Shown here: positions 10,349-18,791 of the stretch, piece after piece | Layout of the letters: each line of letters opens with the position of its first letter | How positions within the stretch are numbered: position 1 is the first letter of the stretch | Notes under the pieces: model-generated | The model's input: the letters and a program-made list of their open reading frames with translations, nothing else | The model's database searches: none | What the model was told of the DNA's origin: nothing | Made by a program: the position numbers and the translations under genes | DNA from: Ignisphaera sp. | Lineage (GTDB): Archaea; Thermoproteota; Thermoprotei_A; Sulfolobales; Ignisphaeraceae | Direction of reading: 5' to 3' | NCBI GenBank assembly: GCA_038889075.1 | Contig: JAWAHS010000002.1 | Span: forward strand, 44,930 to 108,929 | Length of the DNA: 64,000 bases

Positions 10349-10726
10349 ATGATTAGCTGGATCCTTATTATAATTGGTGAAATATTGATAGCAATAGGTG
10401 CTATATGTGATCTTATAGCAGCAATAGGTATGAATAGATTTCCAAACTTCTTTGTAAGGCTCCATGCCCTAACCGTAGGAACGATAGGTGGTGCATTTGT
10501 ACCCTTGATAGGTGTTGCGCTACTTGTACTAGGTGCGGAGTTCTTAGGAGTCTATAGATTCTTTATGGCTGGTGCATCGATTATATCGGCACTACTGCTG
10601 CTCTTTCTAGCACCTGTAGGTTCACATGCAATTGCACGTGCAGCACACAGATCCAAAGCTGCTACCGTACATCCCAAAGTTGTTGATCGTTTGGAAGAGG
10701 ATAGGGAAAGAGGTGCTGTGAAATGA
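10349..10726 (+). CDS. mbhC: Mrp antiporter subunit G-like
   Basis: RFPNFFVRLHA and PVGSHAIARAA. Confidence 0.85.
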   Translation: MISWILIIIGEILIAIGAICDLIAAIGMNRFPNFFVRLHALTVGTIGGAFVPLIGVALLVLGAEFLGVYRFFMAGASIISALLLLFLAPVGSHAIARAAHRSKAATVHPKVVDRLEEDRERGAVK

Positions 10727-10974
10727 TGTTGTACTACATGTTAATGGCTTTGGCATCCCTTCTGTCTATTCCGGCAATATACCTAGCTGTAGTAGAGCGT
10801 GATTTAATTAGAGCAGTAGTCTTCTCAGCTATACAGAGCACACTCTATGCCTTCCTATACTATCTACTCATGGCTCCTGATATATTTTTAACATACATAC
10901 CCGTTGGTGTAGGTCTATATACCGCCTTAATATTGATACTTATTAAGAAGACTGAACGCTATGAAGGTGAATAG
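10723..10974 (+). CDS. mbhD: DUF4040 / MbhD-like membrane subunit
   Basis: RDLIRAV...LMAPDI pattern; position in operon. Confidence 0.8.
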   Translation: MMLYYMLMALASLLSIPAIYLAVVERDLIRAVVFSAIQSTLYAFLYYLLMAPDIFLTYIPVGVGLYTALILILIKKTERYEGE

Positions 10975-10977
10975 AAT

Positions 10978-11799
10978 ATGAATAGAATACTGCATACAAT
11001 TGTAATGATATCGCTAATCCTAATGGTTATCGGATTAGCGATGGTCTTATCGACAGGTGGGCTTGGATTTACCGTACCTCCAAGTAATATTAGAAGTCTA
11101 GCCACTATATTTCTAAACACCACATTCAACTTGGATGTGAGATACAGATATATCAGTGCAATGTCTCCAGAAGCAGTCACAGCGATTGTTTGGGACTATA
11201 GAGGTCTTGATACACTATTTGAAACATCTGTAATGTTTATAGCAATTGTGGGTGCACTTGCAATTAGTAGAGGAGCCACCGAGAAGTTGCTCAAATCTTT
11301 TCCATCAACTCAAGGTATGTCACTAATAGTGAGAACTATTACTAGAATAGCAATAGTTATGATTCTAGCGGTTGGAGGATCGATAGCATTGCACGGCCAT
11401 CTGACGCCTGGCGGAGGCTTCCAAGGAGGAGCAACGATTGCTGTTGCTCCGATGCTTCTAATCATAACATTCTCTATATATTTATTTTCAAAAATGATTA
11501 CGGTATACAAGGCTGTAACACTAAGAAGTGTAGGTCTAATTGGCATAGCGCTATCAGTGTTCATTGTATTGTTTATTGCATTAGTTCAGGGTGGCTCTGC
11601 ATATATATTCCAAAATCAGCCGAAGCTCTATTCATACTACGGACTACCATCCTATATAGAACCTATAGTACTGGGTGGGACATTACTTCTCTTTAATACA
11701 TTTGAGACACTTGCTGTAGCGTTTGGATTTGCAGCACTATTTATCTTATTCATGCTTCCCGAAGATGCTGTAAGAAATGCTATTATGGGTGAGGAGTAG
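10978..11799 (+). CDS. MnhB-like subunit (fused MbhE+MbhF equivalent)
   Basis: VTAIVWDYRGLDTLFE and HGHLTPGGGFQGG in one ORF. Confidence 0.85.
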   Translation: MNRILHTIVMISLILMVIGLAMVLSTGGLGFTVPPSNIRSLATIFLNTTFNLDVRYRYISAMSPEAVTAIVWDYRGLDTLFETSVMFIAIVGALAISRGATEKLLKSFPSTQGMSLIVRTITRIAIVMILAVGGSIALHGHLTPGGGFQGGATIAVAPMLLIITFSIYLFSKMITVYKAVTLRSVGLIGIALSVFIVLFIALVQGGSAYIFQNQPKLYSYYGLPSYIEPIVLGGTLLLFNTFETLAVAFGFAALFILFMLPEDAVRNAIMGEE

Positions 11800-12194
11800 T
11801 GGAGGCAGAATCATTTCTATTCAATATAGTTGTACTATCTATGTTCGTAAATATGGCCATCGCACTCTATGGTATACTTATAAAACCTAGTTTAGTCAAG
11901 AAAATAATTGCGCTTACAATATTTAGTGATACAATAAATACACTTGCTATAATAGTTGGATTTAGACGTGCAGAGCCAAATCCAATACCTCCAGTAATTA
12001 CGGAGATCCCTCCATCATTACAGCACCTTAGATTGTTCGTGCTACAGGCGGTAGATCCCTTACCACAAGCACTTGTGCTGACCGCTATAGTTATAGGGTT
12101 AGCCGTGGTACTATTCCTCATGTTTGTAACACTCCAAATTTATAGAATATATGGAACAACGGATGTGAGAAAGATATCGAAGCTGAGGGGGTAG
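11799..12194 (+). CDS. mbhG: Mrp antiporter subunit C-like
   Basis: DPLPQALVLTAIVIG. Confidence 0.9.
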   Translation: MEAESFLFNIVVLSMFVNMAIALYGILIKPSLVKKIIALTIFSDTINTLAIIVGFRRAEPNPIPPVITEIPPSLQHLRLFVLQAVDPLPQALVLTAIVIGLAVVLFLMFVTLQIYRIYGTTDVRKISKLRG

Positions 12195-12196
12195 AG

Positions 12197-12703
12197 ATGG
12201 GTAGGCTAGGTAGAGCTGTACCTGTATCACTACTTGCATTCATAGTATATATGGTGTTTACAGGATCCATTACACCATATGATATTGTCACAGGTGTTGT
12301 AGTGAGTGTCGCAATAGGTATAGTTGTCGCTAACATTGTCATATCCAATCCATACAAACCATTTAACCCAAAACGCTGGGTCTGGCTAATAGCCTATACT
12401 CTGTACTATTTCTTTATAGCCGAGGTTAATGCTCACATCGATGTAATTAGAAGAATTCTAAGCCCTAGAATGCCAATAAACCCCGGTATAGTTAAAATCC
12501 CCGTAAAAGTTACTTGTGACTATGCCATAACAGCTGTAGCTAATTCAATAACAAATACTCCAGGTACAGTAGTTGTTGAAATAGATGAAGCTGGGAAGTA
12601 CTTCTATGTCCACTGGATTGATGTTAAGAGAGTTGATGAAGAAGGGGCCTATAAAGAGATTTCATATACTTTTGAAAAGTATATATCCAAGATATTCGAT
12701 TAG
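12197..12703 (+). CDS. mbhA: Mrp antiporter subunit E-like
   Basis: INPGIV, ANSITNTPGT, YVHWI. Confidence 0.9.
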   Translation: MGRLGRAVPVSLLAFIVYMVFTGSITPYDIVTGVVVSVAIGIVVANIVISNPYKPFNPKRWVWLIAYTLYYFFIAEVNAHIDVIRRILSPRMPINPGIVKIPVKVTCDYAITAVANSITNTPGTVVVEIDEAGKYFYVHWIDVKRVDEEGAYKEISYTFEKYISKIFD

Positions 12704-12715
12704 AGGTGTGGAACA

Positions 12716-14314
12716 TTGGTAGTCCCGAACACTATATACGGGCTTATACCATCGATGCTCATATCTTTTTCATTCATAACACCACTTCTATCTCTTCTAA
12801 TTAAGAGTAGAAGATTTTTCACAGTTTACGCCTCTCTACTAGGATTTACAGCGTTAATAATATCGCTGATTGTATTAATTGACGTATTTAAAGAGGGAGT
12901 AGTACTTTATCCATTTGGCGGCTGGCCTCCTCCAATAGGTATAGCATACATAATCGACAAGCTTAATGCTACCATAGCACTGCTAGCCGCATTCATATTT
13001 GTACTATCAATAATATCGAGCTACACCTACTTTAAACACTATCAAAAAGCGTCTACACTAGCTTACTTCTACACAATTGTACTAGCAATCTTTGCTGGTG
13101 CTATGGGGTCTCTGTATACAGGTGACGTATTCAACCTATTTGTCATGATGGAGGTTATGTGTATCGGACTCTATACAGCAGTTGCATTTCATAGAAGTAA
13201 GGCTGAAGCTGTTGAAGCAGCAATAAAATACTCATTCGTCAGTATCATTGCCCTAGTTCTTTACTTCTTTGCAACTATTCTTTTCTATAGCGGTTTCCAA
13301 ACTCTGAACATGGCTGACCTAGCTCTAAAGGCAAGGGGTAATGTAAATGGGCTTATAAGTGGGGGATTCTTCGGCAACTATCTTACCGATTTACTGATTG
13401 CTTTAGCATTGACCGTGTGGGTCTTTACCCTAGAATCAGCACTAGTTCCCAACCACTTTTGGCTACCTGATGCAATATCTGAAGCACCTACACCAATTTC
13501 AGCCGTATTTCCGGTAGCCGAATCTGTTGCTGTATATGTTATCATAAGGTACATGTTTACAATATTTGGATCCAATTCAGTTATTGCAGAGGGGCACGTA
13601 AGGGATGCATTACTATTAATGCTGCTTATACTGGGGGCTGTAGCATCCATCATCGGAGGTATAATGATGGCCGTTCAAAGAGATGTTAAGAGGCTTCTGG
13701 GGTACAGTTCTATAAGCCATATAGGCTTCATATATATGGCTATAGGTTTGGCATCGTTTCCCGGTGTAATGCATCGAGCGCTTACAGCATCGATATTCCA
13801 TATGATCAACTATACCGTATCAAGCTCACTGCTATTTCTATCACTCATTGGTATTGAAAGGATTTCAAATAGTAGAAATATAGATGCATTAGCAGGACTT
13901 GGTAGATCACTACCGTTGATTGGATTCAGCATTGTTATAGGTGTTCTAAACCTTATAGGTATTCCTCCACTTGGAGGATTCTACAGTAAATTCATGATAT
14001 ATCAGGTAGCCTTAGAAGCTTCACAGCCGATAATAGCCATAGTTACAATAGTAGCAACAGCAATAACGTTGATGGGCTATATGAAGCTTCTGTACATAGT
14101 ATTTGGAAAAGCCAGTATAGGTAGTGAAAAAGTTGGAGAACCACTGACGGTCTCCATTCCAGCACTACTTCTTGCACTAATATGTATAGTACTCGGTCTA
14201 TCACTAACTATAGGATTTATGAATATTTTAGATGAGGTATCCGCTTCCGCGTATGGTTATGAATCGTATACTAAAGTCTTTTATGATTATATGAAAATGC
14301 TCTTCCCTAGATAG
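12716..14314 (+). CDS. mbhH: Mrp antiporter subunit D-like (proton-translocating)
   Basis: GGWPPPIGI, GDVFNLFVMME, HFWLPDA, GIPPLGGFYSK. Confidence 0.9.
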   Translation: MVVPNTIYGLIPSMLISFSFITPLLSLLIKSRRFFTVYASLLGFTALIISLIVLIDVFKEGVVLYPFGGWPPPIGIAYIIDKLNATIALLAAFIFVLSIISSYTYFKHYQKASTLAYFYTIVLAIFAGAMGSLYTGDVFNLFVMMEVMCIGLYTAVAFHRSKAEAVEAAIKYSFVSIIALVLYFFATILFYSGFQTLNMADLALKARGNVNGLISGGFFGNYLTDLLIALALTVWVFTLESALVPNHFWLPDAISEAPTPISAVFPVAESVAVYVIIRYMFTIFGSNSVIAEGHVRDALLLMLLILGAVASIIGGIMMAVQRDVKRLLGYSSISHIGFIYMAIGLASFPGVMHRALTASIFHMINYTVSSSLLFLSLIGIERISNSRNIDALAGLGRSLPLIGFSIVIGVLNLIGIPPLGGFYSKFMIYQVALEASQPIIAIVTIVATAITLMGYMKLLYIVFGKASIGSEKVGEPLTVSIPALLLALICIVLGLSLTIGFMNILDEVSASAYGYESYTKVFYDYMKMLFPR

Positions 14315-14318
14315 AAAG

Positions 14319-14687
14319 GTGATGGTTTTGACTACTGTAATCTCTGATCCATTTACAGCTACACTCGTAATGACTGGTGCTATGGTATTGTTAGCAGTAG
14401 TAATGTATATCATAGTGCTATCCATTAGAAGGGCTAGGGTGACACAACTTGGAAACGAGATGTACATAGGTGGTGAGAGCGAAGATATACTATCGTTAAA
14501 GGTTCCAAGTGTACTAGCACTCTATTGGGGGATTGTAAAGAGATCGTGGAAAAAAGCATTTGATATACTTAGGGATGTTGTCCATACTGGGATATTGAAT
14601 GAGTGGTATAGTTATATGAGTATATGGTTGGGTCTACTACTACTACTCTCAATTATAGCCATAGTCACATACATGTATATGCATTAG
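14319..14687 (+). CDS. mbhI: MbhI-like membrane subunit
   Basis: YIGGE and HTGILNEW motifs; lies between the H and M subunits. Confidence 0.7.
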   Translation: MMVLTTVISDPFTATLVMTGAMVLLAVVMYIIVLSIRRARVTQLGNEMYIGGESEDILSLKVPSVLALYWGIVKRSWKKAFDILRDVVHTGILNEWYSYMSIWLGLLLLLSIIAIVTYMYMH

Positions 14688-14701
14688 GTAGGTGGTTGGG
14701 A

Positions 14702-15697
14702 ATGGATGTAGCTTTACTAATCCTTTCAATCCTTATATTCCCAGGCCTTATGTTCATAACATCGCTAGCTCTATTTAGTGAATGGTTGCTTAGAAAGCTA
14801 GCTGCTAGGATGCAGAATAGAATGGGACCCTCATATACAGGGCCTATTGGTATTATACAACCATTTGCAGATTTAATTAAGTTGCTTTTTGCTAAAGAGG
14901 TAAAGAAACAGCGCTATTCCGCAATAGGTATGGCAGAGATAGGGCTCATATTGTCGATATCTTCTGTAGTAGTATCGCTTCTCCTACTCCCCATATCGCC
15001 AATAAGGTTTGCATCAACGTACGATATAATAGTGTTTATCTACTTCTATGCAGTTTGGCATACAATAGGGCTAATTATAGCAGTATTGTCATATCCAAAC
15101 CCATTTACAGTAGCAGGACTCTCAAGGCTTATAGCAATAACAGTTGTTGTAGAACCTACAGTATTTATAGCACTCCTAATACCAACGCTACTGGCTTCAA
15201 ACATGGGCTGCACACCCCAGTATTCCATATTCTGCGCCTCTACATGGTCATGGAGGCTGTGGTTAGAATCGCCCACATCATTTATAGCCATGGCATTAGG
15301 CTTAGTATCGATACTCATAGCGTCTCAAGCTAAGCTAGGTCTAAAGCCCTTTGACATTCCTGAGGCGGAACAGGAGCTCATAGCAGGTCATATAACAGAA
15401 TATTCTGGAACGCTACTTGCACTCTATAACTTATCACACGATATTAAGCTGGCATTTACAGCACTTATAATAACATATCTATTTCTAGGAGGTCCCTATC
15501 CATACGGGCATCTAAACATAGCTGGAGTATTGCTACTCATATTAAAATACCTTGCTTCACTAACAGTTTTAACAGCTATTAGAGCATCATTTGGAAGGTT
15601 CCGTATAGACCAAGGGCTAAATATTATAATGAAATATGGTTTAGCACCATCTATTGCTGGATTAATTGCTGCTCTGATAGATGTGTTCCTACTATAG
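14702..15697 (+). CDS. mbhM: NuoH-like membrane anchor of the hydrogenase
   Basis: RKLAARMQNRMGP, QPFADLIKL, PFDIPEAEQE, GRFRIDQ; start moved to ATG 14702. Confidence 0.9.
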   Translation: MDVALLILSILIFPGLMFITSLALFSEWLLRKLAARMQNRMGPSYTGPIGIIQPFADLIKLLFAKEVKKQRYSAIGMAEIGLILSISSVVVSLLLLPISPIRFASTYDIIVFIYFYAVWHTIGLIIAVLSYPNPFTVAGLSRLIAITVVVEPTVFIALLIPTLLASNMGCTPQYSIFCASTWSWRLWLESPTSFIAMALGLVSILIASQAKLGLKPFDIPEAEQELIAGHITEYSGTLLALYNLSHDIKLAFTALIITYLFLGGPYPYGHLNIAGVLLLILKYLASLTVLTAIRASFGRFRIDQGLNIIMKYGLAPSIAGLIAALIDVFLL

Positions 15698-15781
15698 AAA
15701 AACACAGTTATGGAATTCGGATTCAAGTATTTTGCATTTACTATAGCATAGAAAAATGATCTAATACAATGTAATGGATCT

Positions 15782-16282
15782 TCATCTAAGCTCTTTAGAT
15801 AAGCAGCTAGCTAGTGATGAAATAAGATTTTCGATTTGTGGACTCAACTCCAAACCTATATCCAGTTTATTAACAACTATACCAACTATAACTATTTCAA
15901 CATCCTTCAATTCCTCTATTAGAAGTTTCAAAAGCAGGGGTAGTGGAAGAGTGTGTGTAGAATATGGTATGTATTCCTGAACCTCATCCATATTTAACAA
16001 GACAATTGTAGCTGGGCTTAACCCATTAATTATAGCAGCATCTATCAATACCATCCTCTTTATATTATTTTCTATTATATCTCCAATACAATTTTCAATA
16101 CCATATTCGCATATTAGTATTTTGAATTGTTTCGAATTAGAAGATATTTTTAGACTCTTGCACAGATCAATTGCTACTCTATCGTCACTCCTAAGCTCAC
16201 TTCCTATACATATTAGTGCAAATCCTTCTATCAGCTTTTCCTTTAATTCAAGGCAGAATTCATCTCCGGTTAGAATCTTCAT
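15782..16282 (-). CDS. hycI: Hydrogenase maturation protease (HycI type)
   Basis: IGSELRSDD, IDAA, STHTLPL. Confidence 0.85.
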   Translation of the reverse strand: MKILTGDEFCLELKEKLIEGFALICIGSELRSDDRVAIDLCKSLKISSNSKQFKILICEYGIENCIGDIIENNIKRMVLIDAAIINGLSPATIVLLNMDEVQEYIPYSTHTLPLPLLLKLLIEELKDVEIVIVGIVVNKLDIGLELSPQIENLISSLASCLSKELR

Positions 16283-17051
16283 TAAGATCCCTTAGCTTGA
16301 TTGTATTGTTTATCTTCTCAACTGCTATCCTAAGGTATCGCTTTGAGTATTCTAATAAAGCTTTAACATCACCAAGAATATCTTCAAAGTTTTGAATAAA
16401 TGGAATATAGCCTAGCATCTCTATGTTGTAGGTTCTGGTCACCTCTTGTATAGGGGTAGTATTGCTACACATATTGCATATTATACCTAAAGGATCTATC
16501 TTTTCCTCTTTTTTAATTAAATCTAGTAGTCGTTTTATAGAGATAAGCGATAGTGTATTTTGACTTGTAACTAGTAGAGGTTTGGTAGAGTATGGATTGA
16601 CGGTATGGAGTAGTAAAAGGAGTTCCAATACTTCATCTGAAAGGCCTGGAGGGGTATCTACTATCAGTACTAAGCAGTTCCAATTTGTAATTGCAAGCAA
16701 TTCCCTTATTGCATTAACAATGCTGCTCCCACGGAGTGGCAGGAGTGTATCCCTTGTAAAGAATGCCATACTCATAAATTCAAGGTTTTCTGCAATCTTT
16801 AATGGCCTGATCCCCTTAGTTTCCTCCAGTTTAACAGATTGTATATCGATTCCTAAAATAATATGGAGAACAGGATTTGTTATATCGAGATCGAGAAGCC
16901 CTGTGGCAATACCTCTGCTAGATAGTGCTAGGGATAGCATAGATGAAATGGTTGATTTACCAACACCACCCTTCGGGCTAACAATGGGTATTACCAGTTT
17001 CAATGATGAGAGCCGTGAATGTATAGCAAATACTCTATAATCCTGTTGCAT
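16260..17051 (-). CDS. Mrp/NBP35-family ATPase (probable HypA partner)
   Basis: SPKGGVGKST, LDLD, DTPPG; lies between hypA and hycI. Confidence 0.8.
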   Translation of the reverse strand: MQQDYRVFAIHSRLSSLKLVIPIVSPKGGVGKSTISSMLSLALSSRGIATGLLDLDITNPVLHIILGIDIQSVKLEETKGIRPLKIAENLEFMSMAFFTRDTLLPLRGSSIVNAIRELLAITNWNCLVLIVDTPPGLSDEVLELLLLLHTVNPYSTKPLLVTSQNTLSLISIKRLLDLIKKEEKIDPLGIICNMCSNTTPIQEVTRTYNIEMLGYIPFIQNFEDILGDVKALLEYSKRYLRIAVEKINNTIKLRDLNEDSNRR

Positions 17052-17054
17052 TTA

Positions 17055-17483
17055 CTATACCTCGGCAGACTCTATTATTCTGATGCTAATTCCTCTACCT
17101 CGTGTAATCTCAAAGTCGTGAGAGCCGCAATGGGGACATGAAATAAAACTATGTACAGTTTCAGGGATAAAATGTATCATCTCTAATTCATCACTTGATA
17201 CAGTATTTGTATCAAAGCTCCATGTCAAACCGCATCTATTACATTTAAATTCAGGGTCTTCTCTAGTTAACCGATATTCAACTACCTCAATATTCTTTTC
17301 ATTCTTAAGAACATTAAGCAACTCCTTAAAAGCATACAAGAATATCTCTTCGTCAATCTGCTGGAGTTTCCCTAGAACAATTTCAATACGATTAAGTCTA
17401 TTTGCTCCATCTTTTAGTGCCCTATGCTCAATTAGTTTTACAATAGCTTCAGCTAACGCCCATTCATGCATGGATATACACAT
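17055..17483 (-). CDS. hypA: Hydrogenase nickel chaperone HypA
   Basis: MHEWALA and two CxxC motifs; real start probably the MHE Met. Confidence 0.9.
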   Translation of the reverse strand: MCISMHEWALAEAIVKLIEHRALKDGANRLNRIEIVLGKLQQIDEEIFLYAFKELLNVLKNEKNIEVVEYRLTREDPEFKCNRCGLTWSFDTNTVSSDELEMIHFIPETVHSFISCPHCGSHDFEITRGRGISIRIIESAEV

Positions 17484-17529
17484 CTAGTAGTAAATAAGGT
17501 GCACCATTATAAGGCTAACAGTTTAGCTC

Positions 17530-18201
17530 CTAATAGCCAGATATTATGGTATCGACTATTACATTGATTAGATCATTTATGTAGTTGATGGCATTAAACA
17601 TTTTATCCATGTATATAAAGGTTTCCACGGTTATGGAGAGTTCGATATTTTCTGATGCTAGCATGGCGATGGTTATTTCATATCTACGAAGGCCGTAGCC
17701 TATGGTGTTCCCCTTAATAACAATTATTGGAAAACCTTCTATTATTTTGTCTTCTGTTTTATCTAGTATTATACTTAAGCTGAAGAGTTTTTGAATCAGC
17801 TCTTCAACATTTATATGGTCTACCTTGAGTGTGGTATGTATTCCGAGCTTTATATAGTTGTCAATGGTGTTCTTCTTGGGCAGAATTTTACTTAGCTGTA
17901 GAATAGTCTCGCTTATAAATTTCTTTACATTCTTTAAAATGTCATCTCTAACCTCAATAGCTATACCTATTATACCGTTATTTTTGGTACTATTGAAAAA
18001 CCTTACTTCAAAATCTCTACCAACAATAACGACTCTATTGCAGAATGGACGTTCTACAGCTATTGACGAGGCAGCATTTTTAAATAGTGAATATACACCG
18101 TAGCAGAACTCATCTATATGTAACTCATCTATAGAAGTCTTTAACGTTACGTAAAGGGTTTTTGAAAGATTAGCAACGTTAATATTGTAGCTAATAACTA
18201 T
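17530..18201 (-). CDS. Hypothetical protein, 223 codons, probable non-canonical (ATA/ATT) start
   Basis: Manual translation is stop-free from 18201 to 17530 (IVISYNINVANLSKTLYVTLK...IVDTIISGY*); overlaps the upstream gene's end behind GGGGT; first ATG is codon 180. Confidence 0.65.
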   Translation of the reverse strand: MVISYNINVANLSKTLYVTLKTSIDELHIDEFCYGVYSLFKNAASSIAVERPFCNRVVIVGRDFEVRFFNSTKNNGIIGIAIEVRDDILKNVKKFISETILQLSKILPKKNTIDNYIKLGIHTTLKVDHINVEELIQKLFSLSIILDKTEDKIIEGFPIIVIKGNTIGYGLRRYEITIAMLASENIELSITVETFIYMDKMFNAINYINDLINVIVDTIISGY

Positions 18202-18769
18202 CTACCCCACTGATACCGTTTGTTTGAATAGGTTTAAAATGGGAAAATATATTTGTTACGCAAATTTTTAGCGATGGAACATCAGATACCGCAACACCCA
18301 GTGATGGAATACCATACACAACGTATCCATGCGGTATGGTGATCAATGAGGCTAGTGCTAGAAGATCCTCTTCACCATACACTAGTATAAGGGATTTGAC
18401 ACCTTCCTTGAAGCATCTATATATAGACTCCTGACATGCCTTAGATATATAGCCTGGAGGATTTTTGCATATTTCAACGTGTTCAAACTTCCTTTTGAAC
18501 TCTCTAACAAAATCTGTACCTAAGTGTCGTAAGGTCTTGCCATCTACAATGCATAGTCTAGGAATTCCGATATATCTTACAAAGGTTTCGCAAACATAAT
18601 CTCCAACAACTACCATACTGTATAACTCTGTGTAATACAGGGAGCGAAGAATGTATGCCACAGCCTCTCGTGGTCCAGTTAAGAGTAGAGTTCCGTGAGG
18701 GAAATAGAGATAGGGTTTTGATAGAGCTTCTCGAAAAATAGAAGGCATCTCATAGATTGTTATAGACAT
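18191..18769 (-). CDS. DUF359 GTP-dependent dephospho-CoA kinase family
   Basis: VGDYV, IVDGKTLR, NPPG, GEEDLL, YGIP. Confidence 0.85.
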   Translation of the reverse strand: MSITIYEMPSIFREALSKPYLYFPHGTLLLTGPREAVAYILRSLYYTELYSMVVVGDYVCETFVRYIGIPRLCIVDGKTLRHLGTDFVREFKRKFEHVEICKNPPGYISKACQESIYRCFKEGVKSLILVYGEEDLLALASLITIPHGYVVYGIPSLGVAVSDVPSLKICVTNIFSHFKPIQTNGISGVDSY

Positions 18770-18791
18770 GTGGGTACCGTTGAAAATTTTA

